Of a stretch of DNA of 64,000 nt, positions 32,978 through 42,235 are shown piece by piece. The translations under genes and the position numbers were made by a program. The notes beneath the pieces were generated by a model, which saw nothing but the letters and a program-made list of their open reading frames with translations, was not told the origin of the DNA and did no database searches. The DNA is from Bacterioplanoides pacificum. Its GTDB lineage: Bacteria > Pseudomonadota > Gammaproteobacteria > Pseudomonadales > Oceanobacteraceae. The stretch covers positions 626,711-690,710 of the forward strand of contig NZ_JBHRYB010000001.1 of the NCBI RefSeq assembly GCF_042648445.1, given 5' to 3'. The stretch's first letter is position 1, and the number at the start of each line of letters is the position of its first letter.

Positions 32978-33060
32978 TACGCTGGTGCCTGTAACCATAG
33001 CGGTTGCAGGCACACCTGATTAACGGATCAATGCCCGGCTGATGGGATAAGGAAAAGTAC

Positions 33061-36000
33061 ATGGCAGAGCAACAACAGGCTGCGGATATTGTCGATTCAG
33101 CAGTTGCCGAAGGTGGTGCCTACGACATTATTAAGAAACGCCTGCAGGAACAGGGCGGTCAGCTGGAACAGGCTATTGATACGCTGAATCAGGCGCGTAC
33201 TGACGAATTTGGCCAATCAGATATGAAAGTGGTTGGCCGCACCCGGATCCGCACCGAAAATAACTGCATTGCCCGTGATATGGTGCAGGTTGGCGGACAT
33301 TTATTGTTTGGCTACAACGTGTTTATCGGGTTAAAAAAAGAAACCCGGGTTGACGATGTATTTGCCCTGTTCGATGTGCAGCAGCGTGATGGCCAATATG
33401 AAGCGGTTGCGGTTGATCCGGCCGGAACTTTTCTCGCCGATCCGTCGTTTGTCAGTGATTTTGATGAGTTGTATCGCTATTACAAACATACGCGGCTGGT
33501 CGAGCTAACGGTTAAAAAAGGAAAATTACTGGCAGGCTTCCAGATTGGCGAGCGGCTGGAAGATGTGCGGGTATTCCGCTGGTCGGTATCGGCAGATGGG
33601 CAGACGGTCAGTTATATCGATAACCGTGGCGAACGTGATATTCAGTTGCCACCGGCCTACGATTTTGAATGGACTGAAACCAGTCGCGATGACAGTGTCA
33701 ATGGTCGCCATCCGCATATCAATATTCTCGACACCGTGTTTGTTGAAACGGTGGGCGGCAGTCTGACGATTAAGATTGAGAATAATACCGAGGATGGCCT
33801 GGGTATTTATCAGGAAGATGTCGAAGACCGGACTCAGTCACTGGATGATGCCGATATCTTTTATGCTGCGGTTGGTGGGCTGATTCTGCTGCGTATAAAA
33901 CCCTACCGTGAGCAGCAATGGCGCCATTTTATTTATAACACTCTGACCGAAACCGTGGTGCGTGTGGATGCCATTGGGGAGTCTTGTGTGCAGCTGCCGG
34001 AAGATCACGGCATTATTTTCCCCGGTGGGTTTTACCTCAGCAACGGCGACTACAAACAGTTTGATGAAAGTACTGCCGGGTTGCGTTTTAAGCGTAAATT
34101 CCGTTCGCCCAACGGCGAAGATATGTTGTATATCTTTTACCAGCCGGTCAGCGGTGAAGTCGGATTGCTGTCTTATAATCTGATCGATAAAAACCTGCAG
34201 AACCCGGTATATGGCCACGGTTATGCACTGGCGGATAATGGTCAGCTGGTGATTTTTTCAGCAGAAAGTGAAGCTACCCGGGTGCACCCGATGCAGATCT
34301 GGGAAACACCGTATCAATCCGCAGAATTTGCCAGCCGGGCACCGGCCAGTCAGACATTTTATGGTCGCATTGGTAATGCCGAGCTGGTGCGTGGGGTGTC
34401 TGATTTATACAGTGTGGTACGCATGGTTAACAACCAGAGCGTATCGGCACGACTCTATGAAGAATTGACGAAAGCGGCGTTAAAAACCTTCGATGATCAT
34501 TATTGGTTAGCTGAAAGTGAAACCAGCCAGATTGCCGGTTTGCTGAAAGATATTGCCGCGACTTCGGAACTGGTGATTGACGAGTTTGAAAAGGTTCAGA
34601 GTATCCGTAAGCAGTCCGCCAAGGCGATGACGGAAGCGGAAGGCGAACAAAAGTCATTGTTGCAGGCGGTACAGACAGAAAGTTGGGATAGTGCGGAGGA
34701 GTATGTCAGCGCGCTGGCACGTATCCGCCGTCAGCGTGGTCACCTGATGACATTGCGTGACTTGCGCTATATCGATGTCAGCCGGCTTGAACAGCTGGAT
34801 GCTGAACTGCAGCAGGTTGAGGAAAACCTCAGTGAACGCACGGTTGGCTTCCTGGCTGATGAGCAGGCACTGCAGCCTTACCAGGAAAAAGTTGCGGACA
34901 TTAATCAGCAAATTGACAGTGCGACCTCGGTGGCCATGCTTGACCCTGTTATTGAACAGATTGACGAAAGCGCCAGTCAGCTGGATTTATTGTCTGAATT
35001 AATGGGGACGCTGAAGGTTGATGATGCGACATTACGTACCCGTATTATCGACGCGATTTCGCAGGTCTACTCTCAGCTGAATCAGAGTAAAGCGCGTGCT
35101 CGTCATAAACATAAATCGCTTGGATCTGACGAAGCAATTGCTCAGTTTGGTGCACAGTTCAAACTGTTCTCACAAAGTATTGCTAATGCACTGGGCATGG
35201 CCAGTACGCCGGAGAAATGTGATGAGCAGCTGTCGCGTTTGCTGGTGCAGCTGGAAGAACTGGAAAGTCAGTTCAGCGAGTTTGATGAGTTCCTTGCCGA
35301 TATTATGGAAAAGCGCGAGGAGCTGTACGAATCGTTTGAAAGTCATAAACAGCAGCTGCAAGACGAAATTCAGCGCAAGGCGCAGTCGGTAACGGATGCT
35401 GCCTCGCGTATTTTAACCAGCATCGAAAAGCGGTCACTGAAGTTTACTCAGCAGGATGAACTCAATACCTATTTTGCCTCTGATGCACTGGTTATCAAAA
35501 TCCGTGAACAGGTTGAGCAGTTGCGTCAGCTGGACGCTTCGGTTAAAGCGGATGATGTAGAAGCACGGTTAAAAGCCATTAAAGAGCAGGCATTACGCTC
35601 GCTGCGCGATAAAACCGATATTTATGAAGACGGTGGCAATGTTATTAAGCTTGGACCGCGGCATAAGTTTTCGGTCAATACCCAGGAACTGGATCTGACG
35701 ATTATTCCGCGCGAAGGGCTGCTGAATATTCATTTATCCGGTACCGATTTTTATCAGCCTATCGACGACCCTGAATTACTGGCGTTGCGTCCGTTCTGGG
35801 ATATGAACCTGGAATCGGAGACGCCACAGGTCTATCGCGCTGAATATTTAGCCAGCCTGATACTGGAAGCTGCCCGTCAGCATAACGATGGTCTGAGTAT
35901 GGAGCAGCTGCGCCATGCGCTGTTGAGTGACGAGCTGGATGAGCTGGTACAGCGTTTTGCTGCACCACGCTATAAAGAGGGGTATCAGAAGGGTATCCAT

Positions 36001-38508
36001 GATCACGATGCCACGCTGTTATTACGCGCTCTGATACCGGCGCTTGATGGCGCCGATCTGCTGCGCTACGACCCGCTGAGCCGTGCGCTGGCGCAGGTAT
36101 TCTGGTCGAATATTAAGGAGCTGGCACGTTCTGACGAAAAACCAGCGCTGATCAGGGACGAGCCGGATGACAATCCGCAGCAGAAAAAACAGGCGGCATT
36201 GTGTGTCAGCACCTGGCCATCCCGGGCCCAGTCAGCCGCGCAAATGGCGTCGGTCTTTCAGAGTAATGAAGCGGTGGCCTTATTGGCTGCCGAAGTCCGT
36301 ACGTTATTGCAGCAATTTATTGCACAACATCCGATTGCTGTCAGTCAGCTGGATATTCGCCGGGCGGCGGATTATTTAGTTGCTGAGCTGGGACGTGAGG
36401 ACAGCGCTTTTATTGGCAGTAAATACGCCCGCCAGCTGGTGGATGAGCTGAAGCGTTCGCTGGATGACGAAACCTGGCGCCGTTATCAGATGGCACTGGA
36501 TAACATGCTGGGCTGGCCTGCGGAACGCTGGAATCTGACCTCTGCCTGGTTGCAGGCACTGGTCGATGACAAAGGCTTGCCGAAGCTGGCGCGTTATATT
36601 CCGGAGGCGGTGGCGCTGATCAACGCCAATGAGCGTATTGAGCGACGTTTTACTGAAACTGATCTGGAGCTCAGTGTCGGCGGCCTGATGGGGGACCACC
36701 CGTTATTACAGCAACAGACACTGGCGTTTGCTGTGGATGCTTTTTTATTAAAAATGGAGCATCACCTGCATGAAGTGGTGCCAGCTTACCAGCGTTATCT
36801 GTCATTACGTCAGCAAACCATCAGTGAACAGAGAGAGGCGCTGCGGCTTGAAGAGTTTAAGCCAAGACCACTCAGTTCATTTGTCCGTAACCGCCTGATT
36901 AATGAGTCCTATCTGCCGATTATTGGTGATAACCTGGCAAAACAAATGGGCACCATCGGTGAAAATAAACGGGCCGATTTAATGGGCCTGCTGATGATGA
37001 TATCACCACCGGGCTACGGTAAAACCACCCTGATGGAGTACGTCGCCAGCCGTCTGGGGTTAATTTTTATGAAAATTAACTGTCCGTCTCTGGGTCACGA
37101 AGTGACATCACTGGATCCGGCTCAGGCGCCGGATGCCACCTCCCGCAAGGAGCTGGAAAAACTGAATCTGGGTCTGGAAATGGGCAATAACGTGATGCTG
37201 TATCTGGATGATATTCAGCACACCGACCCAGAGTTTTTGCAGAAGTTTATTTCACTGTGTGACGGCACCCGGCGTATTGATGGTGTCTGGCAGGGTAAAA
37301 CCAAAACCTATGATATGCGCGGACGCAAATTCTGCGTGGTTATGGCGGGTAACCCGTACACCGAATCCGGCGATGTTTTCAAAATTCCGGACATGCTCGC
37401 TAACCGTGCGGACATCTATAACCTGGGTGATATTCTCGGTGGTATGGAAGAGCAGTTTGCCCTCAGTTACATTGAAAATGCGCTGACCTCCAACCCGGTG
37501 CTGGCACCGCTGGCGGTACGTGATCTGGCGGATGTTTATAAACTGGTGGATCTGGCCAAAGGACGTGACGTGGCAACCACGGATTTGTCTCACCAGTACA
37601 GTGGTGCGGAAATTTCTGAGATCACCAGCGTGTTGCAGAAAATGATGGTCGTGCAGGATGTGGTGCTGAAAATTAATCAGCAATACATTGCCTCTGCTGC
37701 CCAGGATGATAAATATCGCACCGAACCTTCGTTCAAGTTGCAGGGCAGTTACCGCAACATGAATAAAATGACAGAAAAAATTTCTGCCGTGATGAATAAC
37801 GAAGAGCTGATGCAGATGATCGCTGACCATTACCTTGGTGAGTCACAATTGCTGACCTCCGGTGCCGAAGGCAACCTGCTGAAACTGGCAGAGCTGCGCG
37901 GCAATATGACGCCGCAACAACAACAACGCTGGCAACAAATTAAAGACGATTTTATACGTAATAAAGCCATGGGCGGTGATGATGCGGATACCGGTGCCCG
38001 GGTTGTGGCTCAGCTGGTGGATCTGGTGGCCGGCGTTGAAGCCGGTGTGCAGACCTTGTCGGCCAATGCTCAGCAGCAGCAACGTCATCTGCATGAGCAG
38101 AGTCAGCAAGTACGGCAACAACATTTACAGCAGCATGAACAGCAGCAACAAAGTCAGCAGGCGTTATTAGCAGCCAGTAATAAAGCCTTTCAGCAGAGTA
38201 ATCAGCAACTGGCTGGCAGTGTGTTAACCGGACTGAAACAATTTGCTGAAGCGCTGCAGCAGATTAAACCTCAGGTGAGTGTGGTGAATCAGCCGGTCCC
38301 GGGGATGGACAAAATTCTGCGCGTGTTGGCTGAAACCATCGAGCACAGTATTTTCCCGCTGGTGCGCAGCATGGATAAAAAAATTGATATCGACTTACGC
38401 ACCCACGACAAAATGCGTGATATCTCCGATCAGTTGCGTCAGCTGGAGCAGCAGGTAACGACCAGCGGTGATTCTCAGAGTGCCAATAGTGGGCATGAGC
38501 ACAATTAA
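33061..38508 (+). CDS. giant (1815 aa) multidomain protein with central AAA+ P-loop ATPase module and long coiled-coil/Gln-rich regions
   Basis: Walker A SPPGYGKTTL (~aa 1320), Walker B VMLYLDDIQH and sensor MAGNPYTE, which is MoxR/dynein-like. The N-terminal ~430 aa are non-helical, possibly a beta-rich fold. The C-terminal Q-rich tail carries the (CAG/CAA)-encoded poly-Gln stretch. Confidence 0.6.
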   Translation: MAEQQQAADIVDSAVAEGGAYDIIKKRLQEQGGQLEQAIDTLNQARTDEFGQSDMKVVGRTRIRTENNCIARDMVQVGGHLLFGYNVFIGLKKETRVDDVFALFDVQQRDGQYEAVAVDPAGTFLADPSFVSDFDELYRYYKHTRLVELTVKKGKLLAGFQIGERLEDVRVFRWSVSADGQTVSYIDNRGERDIQLPPAYDFEWTETSRDDSVNGRHPHINILDTVFVETVGGSLTIKIENNTEDGLGIYQEDVEDRTQSLDDADIFYAAVGGLILLRIKPYREQQWRHFIYNTLTETVVRVDAIGESCVQLPEDHGIIFPGGFYLSNGDYKQFDESTAGLRFKRKFRSPNGEDMLYIFYQPVSGEVGLLSYNLIDKNLQNPVYGHGYALADNGQLVIFSAESEATRVHPMQIWETPYQSAEFASRAPASQTFYGRIGNAELVRGVSDLYSVVRMVNNQSVSARLYEELTKAALKTFDDHYWLAESETSQIAGLLKDIAATSELVIDEFEKVQSIRKQSAKAMTEAEGEQKSLLQAVQTESWDSAEEYVSALARIRRQRGHLMTLRDLRYIDVSRLEQLDAELQQVEENLSERTVGFLADEQALQPYQEKVADINQQIDSATSVAMLDPVIEQIDESASQLDLLSELMGTLKVDDATLRTRIIDAISQVYSQLNQSKARARHKHKSLGSDEAIAQFGAQFKLFSQSIANALGMASTPEKCDEQLSRLLVQLEELESQFSEFDEFLADIMEKREELYESFESHKQQLQDEIQRKAQSVTDAASRILTSIEKRSLKFTQQDELNTYFASDALVIKIREQVEQLRQLDASVKADDVEARLKAIKEQALRSLRDKTDIYEDGGNVIKLGPRHKFSVNTQELDLTIIPREGLLNIHLSGTDFYQPIDDPELLALRPFWDMNLESETPQVYRAEYLASLILEAARQHNDGLSMEQLRHALLSDELDELVQRFAAPRYKEGYQKGIHDHDATLLLRALIPALDGADLLRYDPLSRALAQVFWSNIKELARSDEKPALIRDEPDDNPQQKKQAALCVSTWPSRAQSAAQMASVFQSNEAVALLAAEVRTLLQQFIAQHPIAVSQLDIRRAADYLVAELGREDSAFIGSKYARQLVDELKRSLDDETWRRYQMALDNMLGWPAERWNLTSAWLQALVDDKGLPKLARYIPEAVALINANERIERRFTETDLELSVGGLMGDHPLLQQQTLAFAVDAFLLKMEHHLHEVVPAYQRYLSLRQQTISEQREALRLEEFKPRPLSSFVRNRLINESYLPIIGDNLAKQMGTIGENKRADLMGLLMMISPPGYGKTTLMEYVASRLGLIFMKINCPSLGHEVTSLDPAQAPDATSRKELEKLNLGLEMGNNVMLYLDDIQHTDPEFLQKFISLCDGTRRIDGVWQGKTKTYDMRGRKFCVVMAGNPYTESGDVFKIPDMLANRADIYNLGDILGGMEEQFALSYIENALTSNPVLAPLAVRDLADVYKLVDLAKGRDVATTDLSHQYSGAEISEITSVLQKMMVVQDVVLKINQQYIASAAQDDKYRTEPSFKLQGSYRNMNKMTEKISAVMNNEELMQMIADHYLGESQLLTSGAEGNLLKLAELRGNMTPQQQQRWQQIKDDFIRNKAMGGDDADTGARVVAQLVDLVAGVEAGVQTLSANAQQQQRHLHEQSQQVRQQHLQQHEQQQQSQQALLAASNKAFQQSNQQLAGSVLTGLKQFAEALQQIKPQVSVVNQPVPGMDKILRVLAETIEHSIFPLVRSMDKKIDIDLRTHDKMRDISDQLRQLEQQVTTSGDSQSANSGHEHN

Positions 38509-39058
38509 AGCTGCTCTGAGCGTTATTCTGCTGCAGTCGTTGGTGCTGGTGTTGGTGTTTATCGCCAACGCTATCAGCGGTGCGGCACTGAACGATTATG
38601 GCATTATTCCGCGTTATGTCGATGGCTGGTTTCATGTGCTGACAGCTCCTTTTATTCACAGCGACCTGAGTCACTTGCTGAATAATCTGCTGGGGCTGAG
38701 TTTACTCAGCCTGATCAGTATATGGCGTTCTGTCTCGCAGTATGTGTTGGCCAGTGTTTTTATTATCGTCATCACAGGCGGGCTGGTGTGGCTGTTTGGC
38801 CGCCCGGCATCTCATATTGGCGCCAGCGGCTGGATATTTGGTTTGTGGGCCTGGCAGATATCGCTGGCGTTGTTTGAGCGCAGTTTTGCCAGCCTGGCAA
38901 TATGCCTGCTGGTGATTGTGTTACACGGCGGAATGGTGGCTGGTTTAATGCCTACTGATTCGTCAGTGTCCTGGGAAGCCCATGTCGGTGGTGCCATCTC
39001 GGGTTTGTTGTACGCTTATCTGGCCAGCCGCTGGCGATCGGAACAACAGAATAACTGA
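38495..39058 (+). CDS. rhomboid-family intramembrane serine protease
   Basis: GASGWIFGL (GxSG) and a downstream His (AHVGGAISG), 6 TM helices. The ATG at 38495 overlaps the stop of the giant gene by 14 nt. Confidence 0.8.
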   Translation: MSTIKAALSVILLQSLVLVLVFIANAISGAALNDYGIIPRYVDGWFHVLTAPFIHSDLSHLLNNLLGLSLLSLISIWRSVSQYVLASVFIIVITGGLVWLFGRPASHIGASGWIFGLWAWQISLALFERSFASLAICLLVIVLHGGMVAGLMPTDSSVSWEAHVGGAISGLLYAYLASRWRSEQQNN

Positions 39059-39110
39059 CATCACTGCGTGCAGTGATCCATTCACTCCGTAACGGAAACA
39101 GGAGTTTTAT

Positions 39111-39350
39111 ATGAAAGAAAGCCGTGACTATCTGGAGATGTCATTCCATTCAATTAATTGTTTTTCTGATGACGGCACACTGGATGTGCATGAGCTGGAA
39201 AAGATCCTCGATATCGCTAAACGTGACGGCGTTATTGATGACAACGAAAAGCGGGTATTAGCGAATATCATCGGGCGTTTATCCGATAAGGAGCTGCGTG
39301 GCGAGTTGCGTCGCCGGGTGGATGATCTTAAAGCTGAGTACGATATTTAA
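39111..39350 (+). CDS. small TerB-like/DjlA-N-like domain protein
   Basis: 79 aa with acidic helical repeats (…DGVIDDNEKRVLANIIGRL…). Confidence 0.4.
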   Translation: MKESRDYLEMSFHSINCFSDDGTLDVHELEKILDIAKRDGVIDDNEKRVLANIIGRLSDKELRGELRRRVDDLKAEYDI

Positions 39351-39357
39351 GGATCAG

Positions 39358-39390
39358 CTGGCCTCCTGCCAGAGGCCGAACTATCTTTTA
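39358..39390 (+). terminator. weak terminator hairpin
   Basis: ggcctc-ctgcca-gaggcc followed by a short T-run. Confidence 0.35.
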
Positions 39391-39430
39391 ATTCTCGCTA
39401 CTTTCAAGGTTTTTGCGTTTTTCGGCTTCT

Positions 39431-39480
39431 TTAATACCCCCATATATACCCCCATGTTTATTGGGGTGGGGGGTATTGGC
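39431..39480. repeat. G/C-tract inverted repeat AATACCCCC…GGGGGGTATT; putative left attachment/integrase-binding site
   Basis: aatacccccatatatacccccatgtttattggggtggggggtattgg. The GTGGGGG(G)TATTGG part recurs at 53085-53098, next to int. Confidence 0.4.
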
Positions 39481-39703
39481 AATATTCTGTTTGGATCAAC
39501 AGGCAAGGTTTAGGCAAGGTTTTTCAGGCCCAGATAGTCCCATCTCTCAAGCGGTTCTTTCACGCTACAGGCAGCCCGAATCGCTGGTCGAGCCAGGGCA
39601 CAGCGGTCGATATCAAAAGTCTTTGGACGATATTGCTCGCTAATGTCCCTCCCTTTCCAGTTCAGTCAATGTACTCTAAGCCTTTTACCTGGGGAGGCAG
39701 ACT

Positions 39704-40726
39704 TTGGTTCCATTCTCTATGTTACTACTAGCGCTAACGAGTGATTACCCTGAAAGCGCGTGGAAGAACTATTTTCGCTATATGACCGGAGCTTCTCTGA
39801 GGACCGTAAATCATAATTTGAGTACAAAGACAGGCGAAGAATTTATGGCTTGGCTCATCTCAAAAGCAGAGAAAAACCAGAATTTTCCTGAGACGTTAAG
39901 GCAGGACTTTTCAGATTTTAAGCAGGCGAGAGAGAATGGTAGGGATTGCATAATGCCAGGTCGGAATATGGCATTGGCAGAGCACTATGGTGTTGAATCA
40001 TTTTATAGCATGAAGCTGATTGACTTGATGGCGTATCCCTTCTCATCTGATTTCACTAACGGAAGTCTGGATCGCGCAGACGATTATATTTTCTGGGCTC
40101 AACATTATCCGTATTCTGAAATCATTGCTTATGTTGGTGATAGATATTTTTGGAAATTTCAGATTGAAACGCGTCTTGCAATGGATGCTCTGGTTATGTC
40201 GTTGGCTTGTCTTGCTTTGGATTCTGGTGACTATGTTGAAAACATTGATGATATAATGAACATGGTGATTATCCCTTATCTTAATAAGAGTAAGAGTGAA
40301 AAATCTTGCCGTGGTCACTGGTTTAAACAGCTTAGGAATAAGGTATGTGAAAAACACTCTTTAGGTGTCAGTGACTTTTATGGCTCTATTGCAATAGGTG
40401 ACGAAGACCCGGATAACGTCGAAAAGCGATACAAACGTTGGATGAGCGGTAATAACCAGGCAACAGAGACAAAAGTTGGTGAGTTGTTACAGCAGCTTCA
40501 GAAAGAATTTGAATGGGATGATAGGGATGTTATGGCGGCAGCGAATGCATATAAGTTCTATTGTTCGGTTCCTTTATTAAATTCATCATTAAATTCATCT
40601 GATCTGGGTATTCTGCATTCAGTACCGTGTGGCGATGTTGGCTTTAAGGTTCGTGAAGAATTCAATGACGATTTTTCTGAACGATTTAAGTTCTGGATGA
40701 TGTCACTTTCAGAACAGTTTAAATAA
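39704..40726 (+). CDS. hypothetical protein (340 aa, low GC)
   Basis: Long ORF with foreign-looking codon usage and no recognisable motif. Confidence 0.45.
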   Translation: MVPFSMLLLALTSDYPESAWKNYFRYMTGASLRTVNHNLSTKTGEEFMAWLISKAEKNQNFPETLRQDFSDFKQARENGRDCIMPGRNMALAEHYGVESFYSMKLIDLMAYPFSSDFTNGSLDRADDYIFWAQHYPYSEIIAYVGDRYFWKFQIETRLAMDALVMSLACLALDSGDYVENIDDIMNMVIIPYLNKSKSEKSCRGHWFKQLRNKVCEKHSLGVSDFYGSIAIGDEDPDNVEKRYKRWMSGNNQATETKVGELLQQLQKEFEWDDRDVMAAANAYKFYCSVPLLNSSLNSSDLGILHSVPCGDVGFKVREEFNDDFSERFKFWMMSLSEQFK

Positions 40727-40964
40727 TAAAGCCTACTCCAAGGAGTAGGCTTTTCTTGTCAGCGTTTGGGTGGGTTGTTTCCACGTCCTTTCCCAGAGCT
40801 GTTACCGGTTGTGCTGGGACCGTTGTGTGGTCTCGGTGCAGTTTTGGCCATTGTTTTGTCTCCATTTTTATACTCGACATTGAGTTCTTGTATAAAACCA
40901 GAGCAATGTCGCCAGTCACAGGGACATCCGGCAGCAATTAGATAAATAAAACTCTATTTCATCG

Positions 40965-42068
40965 TCATGGAGAGGGTATTTCCCACACGCCTTTCAGCCT
41001 TTCCACGGTATGCCGCCACTTGGTCGCGGTCGGCTTACAGACCGTGTTCTGATTACCAAATAACCCGGTTTCACTGAATGCTTTGCCGGTGGCCTCGGTA
41101 TGCAGCCAGTTGACGGGCACAATGTATTCGGCCATTTCGTCAGGCTCTGCAGCAAAGTCACTGTAATCCATCTGAGTTGGCAGGCTGGTTAATGGCTTAC
41201 CGTCGATACAGAAGTCGCTGATGCGCTGGCGTTCGCCGCTAACAATGCCCACGCCAACATAACCTGTTTTAGGGATGTTCACCCAGACCCGGTCGCCTTC
41301 GGCCAGCATATTCAGAGTGTTGGAATACCACTGGCCGGCACCGGCTGAGATAAATCCGTATTTAAGAGCGTCTTCCCAGTTACGGCGCTCGCCATGGCCG
41401 AAGGATACATAGAACTCGCCATTCCACGGCTCGCGGGCGCCACGGGTGCTGACCAGTTGCTGAGTCTCCTGTGGGTCGATCATCCAGGCACGGGACAGGT
41501 AGCGGTTATTGCCGTCAGTAAATGCAGAAAAGAACACCGCGTTAATACCCACGCCATGGCGGTTGTTCAGGTAGGTGATGATGCGCTCGGTACTGGCATC
41601 CAGCTCAGATGCCACAATCACCATCTGGTGGGAATCATTGATGCTGATGTCTTCCAACGGCTGACCAAATTTCGCCTTAAAAGCTGCATCCAGGCTTTGC
41701 ACTGGCAGCTTATGCTTGGTGGCGAAGTCGACGTAACAATCGACCAGCTGATTGTCTTCCAGCGTTTCTATCCACGAAGCGTAATCAATAGCCTGCGCCA
41801 CCACATCCCGCGGTGTTTTATCGCGCTTTAGTTCAATGATGATGACGCTGCCGTTGGCATCCAGTGCCAGCAGGTCGATGCGCTTATCAAAGCTGGTGCG
41901 TACCTGACGGCCTATCAGCAGCCAGTCGGCGTTGATGATGGATACATCCTGCACAATCAGCTCTTCCAGCTGGTTTTCATCGTCCAGGCGGGCGGTCTCC
42001 AACCGGGTTGGTGTGCTGGCTGTGCTGTTGCCGGCGTTGATGCGCCAGATGCCTTGTTGAATGGCCAT
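40965..42068 (-). CDS. PD-(D/E)xK nuclease fused to EVE/PUA-like domain; candidate modification-dependent (type IV) restriction endonuclease
   Basis: N-terminal IDLLALDANGSVIIIELKRDK (D…ExK core, NucS/DUF91-like). The C-terminal half has an EVE-like pattern: …QWYSNTLNMLAEGDRVWVNIPKTGYVGVGIVSGE…. Confidence 0.5.
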   Translation of the reverse strand: MAIQQGIWRINAGNSTASTPTRLETARLDDENQLEELIVQDVSIINADWLLIGRQVRTSFDKRIDLLALDANGSVIIIELKRDKTPRDVVAQAIDYASWIETLEDNQLVDCYVDFATKHKLPVQSLDAAFKAKFGQPLEDISINDSHQMVIVASELDASTERIITYLNNRHGVGINAVFFSAFTDGNNRYLSRAWMIDPQETQQLVSTRGAREPWNGEFYVSFGHGERRNWEDALKYGFISAGAGQWYSNTLNMLAEGDRVWVNIPKTGYVGVGIVSGERQRISDFCIDGKPLTSLPTQMDYSDFAAEPDEMAEYIVPVNWLHTEATGKAFSETGLFGNQNTVCKPTATKWRHTVERLKGVWEIPSP

Positions 42069-42235
42069 AACATCCTCTTCCTGACTATTTATCTTGAATC
42101 AGTGGCTGGGTTAGTAGCTGACCCACTGAGTTGACAGCTTTTTGCCAGCGGCCTAAAGTCGCCACCAACACGCCCCCGGCCTCTTGGTGGCCAGCAACCT
42201 ACGCTGAGGCTTTTTGCACCCCTAAGGCGTCTGCG

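Noticed and set aside
32981-33017. Hairpin GGTGCCTG…CAGGCACC between the flotillin gene and the giant gene as a terminator.
   Set aside because: No T-run follows it. More likely an RNA-processing or attenuator element inside the operon, if it is functional at all.
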